Origin: an uncultured virus (IMG/VR IMGVR_UViG_3300027779_000022) | Taxonomy: Duplodnaviria > Heunggongvirae > Uroviricota > Caudoviricetes | Virus record (IMG/VR): IMGVR_UViG_3300027779_000022 | Direction: 5' to 3' (one strand) | DNA length: 20,000 nt | Part shown: positions 8,933 through 16,899 of the stretch, in pieces | Layout: each line of letters starts with the position of its first letter | Numbering within the stretch: the stretch's first letter is position 1 | Notes under the pieces: model-generated | The model's input: the letters and a program-made list of their open reading frames with translations, nothing else | Told to the model about the DNA's origin: nothing | Databases searched by the model: none | Translations under genes and position numbers: made by a program

Positions 8933-9186
8933 GTAAGTTGATGAATCGCAAGCACCGCCGTTCAATGAAAAAGACGATGGGTGCTGATGCAACCGAGACC
9001 CTCTCAAACAAGATGTCACAGTTTGGTAAATTACCAGAACATTGTAACACTTGTCAAGAGGACTTTGATAAACAGGACAAAGAAATGATAAAATCTTGGA
9101 GTGTGGTTGTTAAACAAGACGTTGTGAGATTGTTTTGTCCAGAATGTATAAGAAAAACACAGGAGGCTTTGGATGCCAGTTACTAG
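8929..9186 (+). CDS. Small putative zinc-binding protein
   Basis: CNTC...CPEC pairs and a basic NRKHRR N-terminus; overlaps both neighbours. Confidence 0.65.
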   Translation: MSKLMNRKHRRSMKKTMGADATETLSNKMSQFGKLPEHCNTCQEDFDKQDKEMIKSWSVVVKQDVVRLFCPECIRKTQEALDASY

Positions 9187-9547
9187 AATATCAAAAGAAT
9201 CCCTAGAGGATTTACTAAGAGGGAAAGTTAAGGAAGATGCCACGTGCGTTCTAAAATTTTACTCTAATGACTGCCATCTCTGTCATGCGCTGCAAGATTA
9301 TTTTGTTGGTATTTCTGAACTAGAGAAGTATAGCGACCTACATTTTTTTGCATACAATATAGATGACAATCCGAAAATCGAGAAAGAACTCGGGTTTAAG
9401 GGTGTTCCCACGATCTTCGTAATCCATTCAAATATTGGAAATCGCCCCGCAACCCTGAGATTACTCCCGGAACCAGAAAAGCCGAATGATGTGACATGGT
9501 ACAAAGTTAGAGACATCAAGAGTTTCATCGACAAGGAGGCTTTATGA
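9173..9547 (+). CDS. Thioredoxin-fold protein
   Basis: LKFYSNDCHLC (CxxC) and the GVPT cis-Pro loop. Confidence 0.85.
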   Translation: MPVTRISKESLEDLLRGKVKEDATCVLKFYSNDCHLCHALQDYFVGISELEKYSDLHFFAYNIDDNPKIEKELGFKGVPTIFVIHSNIGNRPATLRLLPEPEKPNDVTWYKVRDIKSFIDKEAL

Positions 9548-10584
9548 GAAAAGCCTTATCATATGATGATGTGCTGCTATCGCCGGCATACTCAGATATT
9601 CGAAGTAGAAGCGACATCTCAATTGAAACCGATCTCGGAAAAGGGCTTAAGTTACGCTTTCCAGTCATTGCATCTCCGATGGATACAATATCGGAAGCCG
9701 CCATGGCAATCGAATTGGGGTACCTAGGCGGTACCGCTGTGATTCATCGATATAATACAATTGAGATGCAAGCTAGAAATGTTAGCATGGCAAAAGATTT
9801 TGGCAAAGAAAAATACAAAGTTGAAATAAATGTCGGTGCAGCTATCGGAGTTAGTGGTGACTTTATGAAGAGAGCCACCGCTTGTGTTGACTCTGGAGCC
9901 ACCTTCCTGTGTGTTGATATTGCACACGGACACCACATATTAATGCAAGAAGCGCTAACCTCTTTGAGAAACTTGTTTGGCTATGATTTACACATCATGG
10001 CTGGTAACGTTGCCACCCTTGAGGGTATCAACTCTCTAGCTGATTGGGGCGCAGATAGTGTCCGGTGTAATATTGGCGGCGGCTCAATATGCTCTACGAG
10101 AGTACAAACAGGCCATGGTATGCCAGGTCTTCAAACAATTATAGACTGCGCCAAGACTGATCGCGACGTAGCAATCATCGCAGATGGTGGCATTAGGAAT
10201 TCCGGCGATATTGTTAAAGCTTTGGGTGCGGGTGCAGATGCAGTTATGTGCGGGTCGCTATTGTCGGGTACCGATGAGACACCAGGGAAGGTTTTTGAAG
10301 AAGCTGACGGGACTAGGTGGAAAACGTATAGAGGCATGGCCTCCAAAGAAGCTCAAGTTAATTGGCGCGGCAGCTATTCTTCGTATGAGGGAGTCTCGGC
10401 CCGCGTCCCCTACCGCGGTACGGTAAAGAGTATTTTGTTCGATCTTGAGAAAGGGATACGCTCGGGGTTTTCCTATAGCGGCGCACGAAGCGTCACAGAG
10501 TTTCAAGCGAAAGCAGATTTTGTTGTTCAAACCTCTGCCGGCATGGGAGAGAGCAGAACCCACATAATGGGGAGGAAATGGTGA
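9544..10584 (+). CDS. IMP dehydrogenase / GMP reductase family enzyme lacking CBS domains
   Basis: [35 protein letters not shown] (catalytic Cys), IIADGGI, YRGMAS, EGV. Confidence 0.92.
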   Translation: MRKALSYDDVLLSPAYSDIRSRSDISIETDLGKGLKLRFPVIASPMDTISEAAMAIELGYLGGTAVIHRYNTIEMQARNVSMAKDFGKEKYKVEINVGAAIGVSGDFMKRATACVDSGATFLCVDIAHGHHILMQEALTSLRNLFGYDLHIMAGNVATLEGINSLADWGADSVRCNIGGGSICSTRVQTGHGMPGLQTIIDCAKTDRDVAIIADGGIRNSGDIVKALGAGADAVMCGSLLSGTDETPGKVFEEADGTRWKTYRGMASKEAQVNWRGSYSSYEGVSARVPYRGTVKSILFDLEKGIRSGFSYSGARSVTEFQAKADFVVQTSAGMGESRTHIMGRKW

Positions 10585-10916
10585 ACCCTATAGAAACAGG
10601 CGAATCTTATGGAACGAATAACAAGAGAATTGTTTTTACAGAGTCGGATCATAGACATGCCAAGCTAATTTTAAAATTAAAAGGCGATGGATTAACGCAA
10701 GCTAAATTCTTTAGAAGTGTTATAACAGGTTATTTAGATGGAGATAAAAGGATCCGAGACTTTGTTTTCGAACACAGCAGCTTTTCTCAAAACAAAAAGA
10801 AAAAGATAGAAAAGTTGAAAGCCAAAGGTGATGAAACCTTAAACGAGCTTGGACTAAATGAAGATCAAATAGATGATCTTTTCGACGTCATCTCGATGGA
10901 GTTCCCGGATTTATGA
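10578..10916 (+). CDS. Hypothetical protein, possibly ribbon-helix-helix DNA-binding
   Basis: KRIVFTESD strand followed by two helices (LTQAKFFRSVITGYL); overlaps both neighbours. Confidence 0.5.
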   Translation: MVNPIETGESYGTNNKRIVFTESDHRHAKLILKLKGDGLTQAKFFRSVITGYLDGDKRIRDFVFEHSSFSQNKKKKIEKLKAKGDETLNELGLNEDQIDDLFDVISMEFPDL

Positions 10917-11170
10917 AAAAAGATGGTCTACTGCCATGTAGCAGAAAGTGTATGAAAAACAAGAAGATCTGTGGTTCAACCGATTGTCGGCATTACATTA
11001 ATTTCAAAGAAGAGTACAATTGTACGCTGATCGCTATTTATGAAAATGGCGCAATGACTTTAAGAGAAATAGGTGATAGGCTCGGCATTTCTTTTGCGAG
11101 AGTAAAACAAATAGAGTCTCAAGCACTTAAAAAAATTAAACACTCTAGCCTAAATTCATTTTTAAACTAG
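10913..11170 (+). CDS. Stand-alone sigma70 region-4 HTH protein with a Cys-rich N-terminus
   Basis: MTLREIGDRLGISFARVKQIESQALKKIK is a sigma region 4.2 signature; five Cys in the first 37 aa. Confidence 0.85.
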   Translation: MKKDGLLPCSRKCMKNKKICGSTDCRHYINFKEEYNCTLIAIYENGAMTLREIGDRLGISFARVKQIESQALKKIKHSSLNSFLN

Positions 11171-11188
11171 CGTAATCAAAAGATAGAT

Positions 11189-11196
11189 ACTATTTA
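11189..11196 (+). promoter_or_regulatory. ACTATTTA, candidate phage (late-type) promoter motif
   Basis: Intergenic, upstream of SD AAGGAG (11217-11222) and ATG 11231; identical to 18784-18791. Confidence 0.5.
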
Positions 11197-11230
11197 CACT
11201 AGGAATTTTATTCAATAAGGAGAATTTTAA

Positions 11231-11839
11231 ATGTCCCGTAAAACTTTATTAACTGAAGCTGAAGTAAGACAGTTTCTTAAACTTGCTAACCTTGGCTCTA
11301 TCGGTGACGCTAGAATTCAAGAAATGTATAACCCAGAAGACGAAGAGCCTGTAGAGATGCAGGAAGAAGAAGACATGGAAATGGATGTCGAAATGGCGCC
11401 CGGAGATGAGATGGGCGGCGATGAGATGGATATGGAGATGGGCGCCGAAGGCGACGAAGATATGGATGACTTAGGCGGCGATGAGATGGATATGGATGCC
11501 GGCGGCGAAGGTCGTATGGTTGATGTTGAAGACTTCATGGGAGCGCTTGAGGCAGCCCTTGAGGATGTTCTTGGAGAACCTGTCTCAACTGAGATGGATG
11601 ACGAAGAAGATGCCGAGATGGATGACGAATTAGGCGATGAAGAAGCAGACATGGGTGACATGGGTGCCGAAATGGGCGCCGAAGCCGAAATGGGCGCCGA
11701 AGAGGAAGAGCCCATGATGCAAGAAAAAACCATCAACGAAATTGCCAAGCGTGTAGCTGATAGATTGAGCAAAGCAAAGAGCAAAGATGTGATGGTCGAC
11801 AAGTTGGCTGAGAGAATCATGAAAAGGTTAACCAAGTAG
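11231..11839 (+). CDS. Highly acidic, Met/Gly-rich low-complexity protein (possible head scaffold/internal protein)
   Basis: 202 aa: an E/D/M/G-rich core between helical, more basic termini; N-terminal LLTE; strong SD. Confidence 0.7.
   Translation: MSRKTLLTEAEVRQFLKLANLGSIGDARIQEMYNPEDEEPVEMQEEEDMEMDVEMAPGDEMGGDEMDMEMGAEGDEDMDDLGGDEMDMDAGGEGRMVDVEDFMGALEAALEDVLGEPVSTEMDDEEDAEMDDELGDEEADMGDMGAEMGAEAEMGAEEEEPMMQEKTINEIAKRVADRLSKAKSKDVMVDKLAERIMKRLTK
11414..11496 (+). repeat. Intragenic direct repeat, 60-bp period
   Basis: GGCGGCGATGAGATGGATATGGA at 11414-11436 and 11474-11496. Confidence 0.85.
11666..11701 (+). repeat. 18-bp exact tandem repeat x2 (AEMGAE)
   Basis: GCCGAAATGGGCGCCGAA at 11666-11683 and 11684-11701. 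Confidence 0.9.
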
Positions 11840-11840
11840 G

Positions 11841-11869
11841 TTGACAAGCTAAAGCATTTATGTTATTAT
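11841..11869 (+). promoter_or_regulatory. sigma70-like promoter with extended -10
   Basis: TTGACA (11841-11846), 17 bp, TATTAT (11864-11869), with TG at 11861-11862. Confidence 0.8.
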
Positions 11870-11897
11870 AACCACCACATGCTGGTGGTTATTTTTT
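11868..11897 (+). terminator. Intrinsic terminator
   Basis: Perfect 10-bp stem ATAACCACCA/TGGTGGTTAT with a CATGC loop, then a T run to 11897; begins about 30 nt after the 11839 stop. Confidence 0.8.
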
Positions 11898-11906
11898 GGG
11901 GTTATA

Positions 11907-12305
11907 GTGGAAAGCTGGTTGCTACATATTTTAGTGTTTATTTTTGGTTATGTTACTTGCACAACGTTTTATTTTCTAAGAGCAAACAGGCTTAGCCTTT
12001 CTTTGATTAAACTGTCTCATGTGGTATACCTTTCTTGTGTTATAAAAGCTATTGAAACTCTTGTGAATGCGAGAGAAGCTGCCAGAAAAGAGTATATTGA
12101 ATCAGATGCTGACAAGAATTCGCTAATCAGCCTTGAAAATAGAGTAGATAGTGAAATTAAAACACTAAAAGACAATTCTATCGCATACTTATTACAGGCT
12201 CATCCTAAATTTTATCGAGAAGCATTGAAGTTTGACAATTGGCAATCCTCAATGGTATATCTTAAGGAAAATAAGGCTGCGGTTTTTAAATTTTGGAATA
12301 AATAA
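11907..12305 (+). CDS. Hypothetical protein with an N-terminal membrane segment
   Basis: GTG start; hydrophobic WLLHILVFIFGYVTCTTFYFL followed by a helical region. Confidence 0.65.
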   Translation: MESWLLHILVFIFGYVTCTTFYFLRANRLSLSLIKLSHVVYLSCVIKAIETLVNAREAARKEYIESDADKNSLISLENRVDSEIKTLKDNSIAYLLQAHPKFYREALKFDNWQSSMVYLKENKAAVFKFWNK

Positions 12306-12306
12306 A

Positions 12307-12975
12307 ATGCTAAATAAGATCAAAGACCTTCTTAACGAAGTAACATCCACCGACAAGGGCGACAAAAATATCAAGACTCTAAAAATGGATGAGGAAACGT
12401 TAGAAGAAGTCATGGCGATACTGGCTGCCCAGCAGACCGAGCCAGATATGAGAACTATCGGACTTTTCACTGACGTGGCAGAAGAGAAGATTGCAGAATT
12501 AGCACACGCGATGCTATACCTGCAGGAACTTAACAGGCTCGACACCACCGGAAAAAATCAGAAACCAATAGAGTTTTATATTTCTACGTATGGTGGCTCG
12601 GCCGATGATATGTTCGCTCTCTATGACATCATGCGACAGATAAAGAAGACAACTGAAATCCATACGATAGGTATGGGTAAAGTTATGTCGGCCGGCGTAC
12701 TACTGCTAGCAGCCGGCACAAAAGGGCAGAGAAAGATCGGACAGAACTGCAGAGTTATGATACACTCAGTTATTGGTGGTAATCATGGACCCCTTCACAA
12801 TCTCATGAATGAGATGGAAGCTATCGAGCAGATTCAAAAAATGTACAGCCAGGCCTTGATAGCCGAAACGAACATGAGTAAATCTGATCTGAAAGATCTG
12901 CTCGAGCGAAAAGTAAACGTTTATTTAACAGCAGAAGAGGCGGTCGAATTAGGAATCGCCGATATAATTATTTAA
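12307..12975 (+). CDS. clpP: ClpP-family protease, paralogue 2 (Ser-His-Asn)
   Basis: YISTYGG, VMSAG (Ser), MIHS (His), VNVYLTAEEAVELGIAD; start ATG 12307 directly after the upstream stop. Confidence 0.9.
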   Translation: MLNKIKDLLNEVTSTDKGDKNIKTLKMDEETLEEVMAILAAQQTEPDMRTIGLFTDVAEEKIAELAHAMLYLQELNRLDTTGKNQKPIEFYISTYGGSADDMFALYDIMRQIKKTTEIHTIGMGKVMSAGVLLLAAGTKGQRKIGQNCRVMIHSVIGGNHGPLHNLMNEMEAIEQIQKMYSQALIAETNMSKSDLKDLLERKVNVYLTAEEAVELGIADIII

Positions 12976-12985
12976 AGGAAAAAAG

Positions 12986-14434
12986 ATGAACAAATATTTA
13001 CAAGAAAAATTTATAGAAGTTAGAGACTCCGCGGAGCCACCGGAAGCAAACTCTGAATTTAAGTCCATTATGGAGTTGGTTGAGAAAATGGTCTCCGAAT
13101 CCGTAGTAGAGCCGTTAACAGAGGCCGAGAGCCGATTTAGCTTTTCAATCCCCTTTCCGAAATTAGTACCTACCGAAGCATGGGGAGACCCCAACAATAT
13201 GGATCGCCAGCAAGTTAACAAGATCTTCAGCGTTATCCGCGGCGGCAATAGTATTAAGAATCGAATTGCTGACCTGAACAAGTTTTTAACACCAGCGTCT
13301 GCAAAGCGAAAAAGATCTCCGAATGTTATTTTGAACATGATGATGGTCACAGAGGCACTACAAGCCACACTCAATGACTATAATGAAAGCTCTGCGGGCT
13401 TCGTCTTCGAAGCTTTTATGGCGGCACTGACCGGAGGCCAACAGATTTCCGGCCGTGTCAAAGGGACGTTGCCCATCGAGGATTTCCGCGCGGGATTTAC
13501 TCTGGGTGACGCTCAACTGGATGATCCATCTAAAGCTGGTGCACCAGTTAGTCTTAAGCTGCTGAGCCCGAAAACACCCATTAAGGGCAGTTTTACAAAC
13601 TTGGTTGATTACTTGTTGGTTCGCGGTGAATCAAAGATTGCATACCTCATCGCTTATAAAGAAACAACGGGAGATACTGTAGAAAAGCTTTATATCTTCG
13701 ATTTTGAAATCTCTCGAGCTAACTTTGTTGATATGTTGGTTCAAACCAACAACGGCCATATATTCGGCGCCGTCTCTCCAGATACCGTCAGGGATGCCAT
13801 TGCTGCGTGGGATGGTTCTAAAGAGGGTTTGTTCCCGCTAGCCCAAGTGATGGTGCAATTACCTGCCTATACTCGTGCTGGATTTTTACACGATTTTGTA
13901 GAGTCAGGTGAGCTTCCCGCGGCGGAAGAACCAGAACAACTGACCCCCGAAGAGGAAGAAGAAGAATTAGAACAACAAAGAAAGGACTTCGAAAAGAGCG
14001 TTGACGCTAGAAGAATTAAGCAAATGCAAACCCAATACAACGAGAGTTTTCACATCAGAGAAAAAAGGATGACAGCAGCAGAAGAGCTGCTCACGGAAGG
14101 TAAGAAGGGCAAAGCCGACGCTAAGAGTCAGTGGTCGATCACCCGCGCGCAGCTGGACGGGGCATCTTCAACAATCAACTTACAAGCGTATGGTGTTCTT
14201 GACCTCTCTCAAAAGAACATCGATGAGCTAGCAGAAATTTATTCCGGAATCTTGGGAGACGCCCTCAGAAGACTATTAGAAACTACACAAGAGATGGCCG
14301 AGAATATCGGACGTTATTATTCCGAGTCAAAAAGAAACCGTGCCATGGCTGCTAACAGCAAGGGGCAAACAAAAAGTAAAGAGATTATTGGAATTCTTGA
14401 GGCAGATCCAAAATATACAAAAGATTCTGCTTGA
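12986..14434 (+). CDS. Hypothetical protein with a possible PD-(D/E)xK nuclease-like core
   Basis: 482 aa; GFVFEAFM...PIEDF...VSLK spacing; acidic stretch; LTE motifs; SD AAGGA. Confidence 0.55.
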   Translation: MNKYLQEKFIEVRDSAEPPEANSEFKSIMELVEKMVSESVVEPLTEAESRFSFSIPFPKLVPTEAWGDPNNMDRQQVNKIFSVIRGGNSIKNRIADLNKFLTPASAKRKRSPNVILNMMMVTEALQATLNDYNESSAGFVFEAFMAALTGGQQISGRVKGTLPIEDFRAGFTLGDAQLDDPSKAGAPVSLKLLSPKTPIKGSFTNLVDYLLVRGESKIAYLIAYKETTGDTVEKLYIFDFEISRANFVDMLVQTNNGHIFGAVSPDTVRDAIAAWDGSKEGLFPLAQVMVQLPAYTRAGFLHDFVESGELPAAEEPEQLTPEEEEEELEQQRKDFEKSVDARRIKQMQTQYNESFHIREKRMTAAEELLTEGKKGKADAKSQWSITRAQLDGASSTINLQAYGVLDLSQKNIDELAEIYSGILGDALRRLLETTQEMAENIGRYYSESKRNRAMAANSKGQTKSKEIIGILEADPKYTKDSA

Positions 14435-14459
14435 CAATTGTTTGAAAACATATTATAAT
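14431..14459 (+). promoter_or_regulatory. Consensus sigma70 promoter for groEL
   Basis: TTGACA (containing the upstream TGA stop), 17 bp, TATAAT (14454-14459); SD GAGG at 14474-14477. Confidence 0.9.
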
Positions 14460-14482
14460 TATTACATAACTCTGAGGTATTA

Positions 14483-16087
14483 ATGAGTCGAGACTTTGAT
14501 AGTAATGAATCGTTACAAAAGAAAATCCTAAACGGTGTCAATATATTGGCGAACAACGTTGGTTCAACACTCGGTCCAAAAGGCAGGAATGTTCTTTTGC
14601 AAGAGAAAGGGAAAGAACCCTTTATCACTAAGGACGGCGTTACAGTTGCGCACTTTGTTGCACTTGAGGATCCGTTTGAAAATGCAGCTGCACAAATTAT
14701 AAAGCAAGCCGCCGTAGAGACAAATAATGTTGCTGGTGATGGCACTACCACAGCTACTGTACTTGCGCGCTCTATAATACAAGAGGCCCAAAAACACATC
14801 GCTTCAGGCGCCTCGCCAGTTGAAATACAAAGAGGTATTAATCGGTGTGTAAAGATAATTGTTGAGAATCTTGATGAGATGGCCAAGCCGGTTACAAGCC
14901 TAGAGGATATAACGCACATCGCCACAATCTCGGCCAACAATGACCCGTCGATTGGCCGCCTGATCTCCATGGCTGTCGACCGAGTGGGACAAGATGGATC
15001 GATTACGATTGAAGAGTCTCGCACGGTCGATACTAGTATAGATATTGAAGAGGGGTTTAAGTTTAATGCCGGCTATTGCGCCGGCGCCTTCATAACTGAT
15101 GAGCGCCGCTCGATGATGTTTCATGAAGAGCCACTAATCCTAGTTACAGATTACAAAGTCGATGCAGTTGAGTCCATCTTACCAATTCTTGAGATGGTTG
15201 CACGTGAATCTCGCCCATTGATTATAGTTGCGGAGGACTTAGAAGGACAAGCTTTGGCTGCGATGATTATGAATGCCATGCGCGGAACCTTAAAGCTAGC
15301 TGGAATCAAGTCCCCTTGTTATGGAGACGAGCGCCGTAATCTGCTAGAAGACTTAGCACTCTCAGTCGGTGCGACGTTCATATCAAGAAGCTCTGGTGTC
15401 AAGTTAAAAGATGTAAAACTTAAACACTTAGGCTCTGCTAAGTTTATTGAAAGTAACAAGTATATGACTACCATTGTTGGCGGTAAAGCAAACCATGAGC
15501 AGGTCGATAACAAAATTGAATCCCTAAAGAGTGAAATAGTAGCCACGGATGATATTGCTGCCGCCGATGCAATTCAACAAAGGGTCGCTAGATTAGCTTC
15601 TGGCGTCGCCGTCATCAAAGTCGGGGGTACTACCGAGGTAGAGATGATAGAGCGCAAGCATCGCATTGAGGATGCGCTAGAAGCTGTAAGATCTGCACAA
15701 GAAGAAGGAATAATTCCCGGTGGTGGTACCGCACTCTTGAGAGCTAGCTTGAAGATTACAATTGTAGATCGAGACGCCAATCTTGATAGTGCTGAGAATA
15801 TGGGCGATCAATACGCCGGCATCGATGTGGTTAGAAAAGCATGTCTCGCCCCCATTAAACAAATGGCACAAAATTCTGGAGAATCTGCCGATATTATTAT
15901 TAATGAGATACTTAAGGTTGGTGATGAACAAGGTTGGAACTTCAAGACCGGCCAGATGTCAAATATGATCCAAAGTGGTATCATTGATCCCGTTAAGGTC
16001 ACAAAGACAGCACTTCAGAATGCTGCTAGCTGTGCAGGTACCCTCCTAACCACTAACTTTGGTATAATACAAACGGAGAACAAGTAA
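14483..16087 (+). CDS. groEL: Group I chaperonin GroEL
   Basis: TLGPKGRN, TKDGVTVA, AGDGTTTATVLA, RIEDAL, PGGG, IIDPVKV; no GGM tail. Confidence 0.97.
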   Translation: MSRDFDSNESLQKKILNGVNILANNVGSTLGPKGRNVLLQEKGKEPFITKDGVTVAHFVALEDPFENAAAQIIKQAAVETNNVAGDGTTTATVLARSIIQEAQKHIASGASPVEIQRGINRCVKIIVENLDEMAKPVTSLEDITHIATISANNDPSIGRLISMAVDRVGQDGSITIEESRTVDTSIDIEEGFKFNAGYCAGAFITDERRSMMFHEEPLILVTDYKVDAVESILPILEMVARESRPLIIVAEDLEGQALAAMIMNAMRGTLKLAGIKSPCYGDERRNLLEDLALSVGATFISRSSGVKLKDVKLKHLGSAKFIESNKYMTTIVGGKANHEQVDNKIESLKSEIVATDDIAAADAIQQRVARLASGVAVIKVGGTTEVEMIERKHRIEDALEAVRSAQEEGIIPGGGTALLRASLKITIVDRDANLDSAENMGDQYAGIDVVRKACLAPIKQMAQNSGESADIIINEILKVGDEQGWNFKTGQMSNMIQSGIIDPVKVTKTALQNAASCAGTLLTTNFGIIQTENK

Positions 16088-16311
16088 TGCAGCAAGGAGA
16101 TCTAGTACATATTCCACAAGGGGTTACTCTCTTCGATTATGACAGTGCGATACTGGAGAAGACAGAGAAGCCAACAGTGGGAGTGTTCCTTGAAGAAACA
16201 ACCCTTAACGGCTGGCTTAGCGAGACTTATATAATCTATGCACGCGGCCGAGAAGCAGTCGTGAAAAAAAGACACGTGTACCCAATGGAGAAAGCATATG
16301 TCGCTCGTTAA
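16087..16311 (+). CDS. Small hypothetical beta-rich (SH3-like?) protein
   Basis: 74 aa, TAATG coupling to groEL, GDLVHI start. Confidence 0.6.
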   Translation: MQQGDLVHIPQGVTLFDYDSAILEKTEKPTVGVFLEETTLNGWLSETYIIYARGREAVVKKRHVYPMEKAYVAR

Positions 16312-16591
16312 ATTAACAGAAGTAAGACAAAATGCAAGCCTCACAACCAAACAAGATTATACTTTACAGGAAGTATTTGTTAACCCCGAGCATGTAGTAA
16401 TGATCAGAGAAGAGGCCCGCATGAAACAACTCAATGAGCAAGGCGGATTACCAGGAGACTTAAACTTAAATCACCGATTTACAAAGTTAACTATAAACCG
16501 CGGCCACACCGGTACAGAGATTGTCGTTGTGGGCGCCCCAAACATAATTGAAAAATCTCTAAATCAAAATAAAAAACTAATTAAAGGATAA
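16298..16591 (+). CDS. FlbD/SwrD-like small protein
   Basis: LVKLTE...VFVNPEHVVMIRE...TKLTI...IVVVGAPNII follows the FlbD-family pattern. Confidence 0.5.
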   Translation: MSLVKLTEVRQNASLTTKQDYTLQEVFVNPEHVVMIREEARMKQLNEQGGLPGDLNLNHRFTKLTINRGHTGTEIVVVGAPNIIEKSLNQNKKLIKG

Positions 16592-16593
16592 AA

Positions 16594-16899
16594 ATGACCC
16601 CCCAAAGAATCAATATTCAGTATTCAATCAACCTTGAAGAGCTGCCGGCTGAAGTAGGAAGACTATATACACATGCTGTCTCCAAATTAGGAGAAGTGTC
16701 ACTCCCAAAACTGGGAGACGAAGATATACTTACTTCATCAACAATAAAGATAATCGATCAAGTGAGACAAAACCTAGCGCAAACAGATATTATTCTCAGT
16801 GATATACAATCTATAATAAGCTCGTATGTAGAATATGAGCTTTCTTTATCGCAGCCGCAAGAACCGGCACCCGAAAAAATAGATGAAAACACCGATTAA
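16594..16899 (+). CDS. Hypothetical protein
   Basis: 101 aa, SD AAGGA, helical C-terminal half. Confidence 0.65.
   Translation: MTPQRINIQYSINLEELPAEVGRLYTHAVSKLGEVSLPKLGDEDILTSSTIKIIDQVRQNLAQTDIILSDIQSIISSYVEYELSLSQPQEPAPEKIDENTD

Noticed and set aside
12232..12263. TTGACA upstream of clpP2 as a sixth promoter
   Set aside because: No good -10 at 17 bp (GTATAT, or TATATC at 18 bp); possible but weak.
16087..16311. GroES call for the ORF after groEL
   Set aside because: It lacks PLxDRV and the mobile-loop GGI motif; GDLV alone is insufficient.
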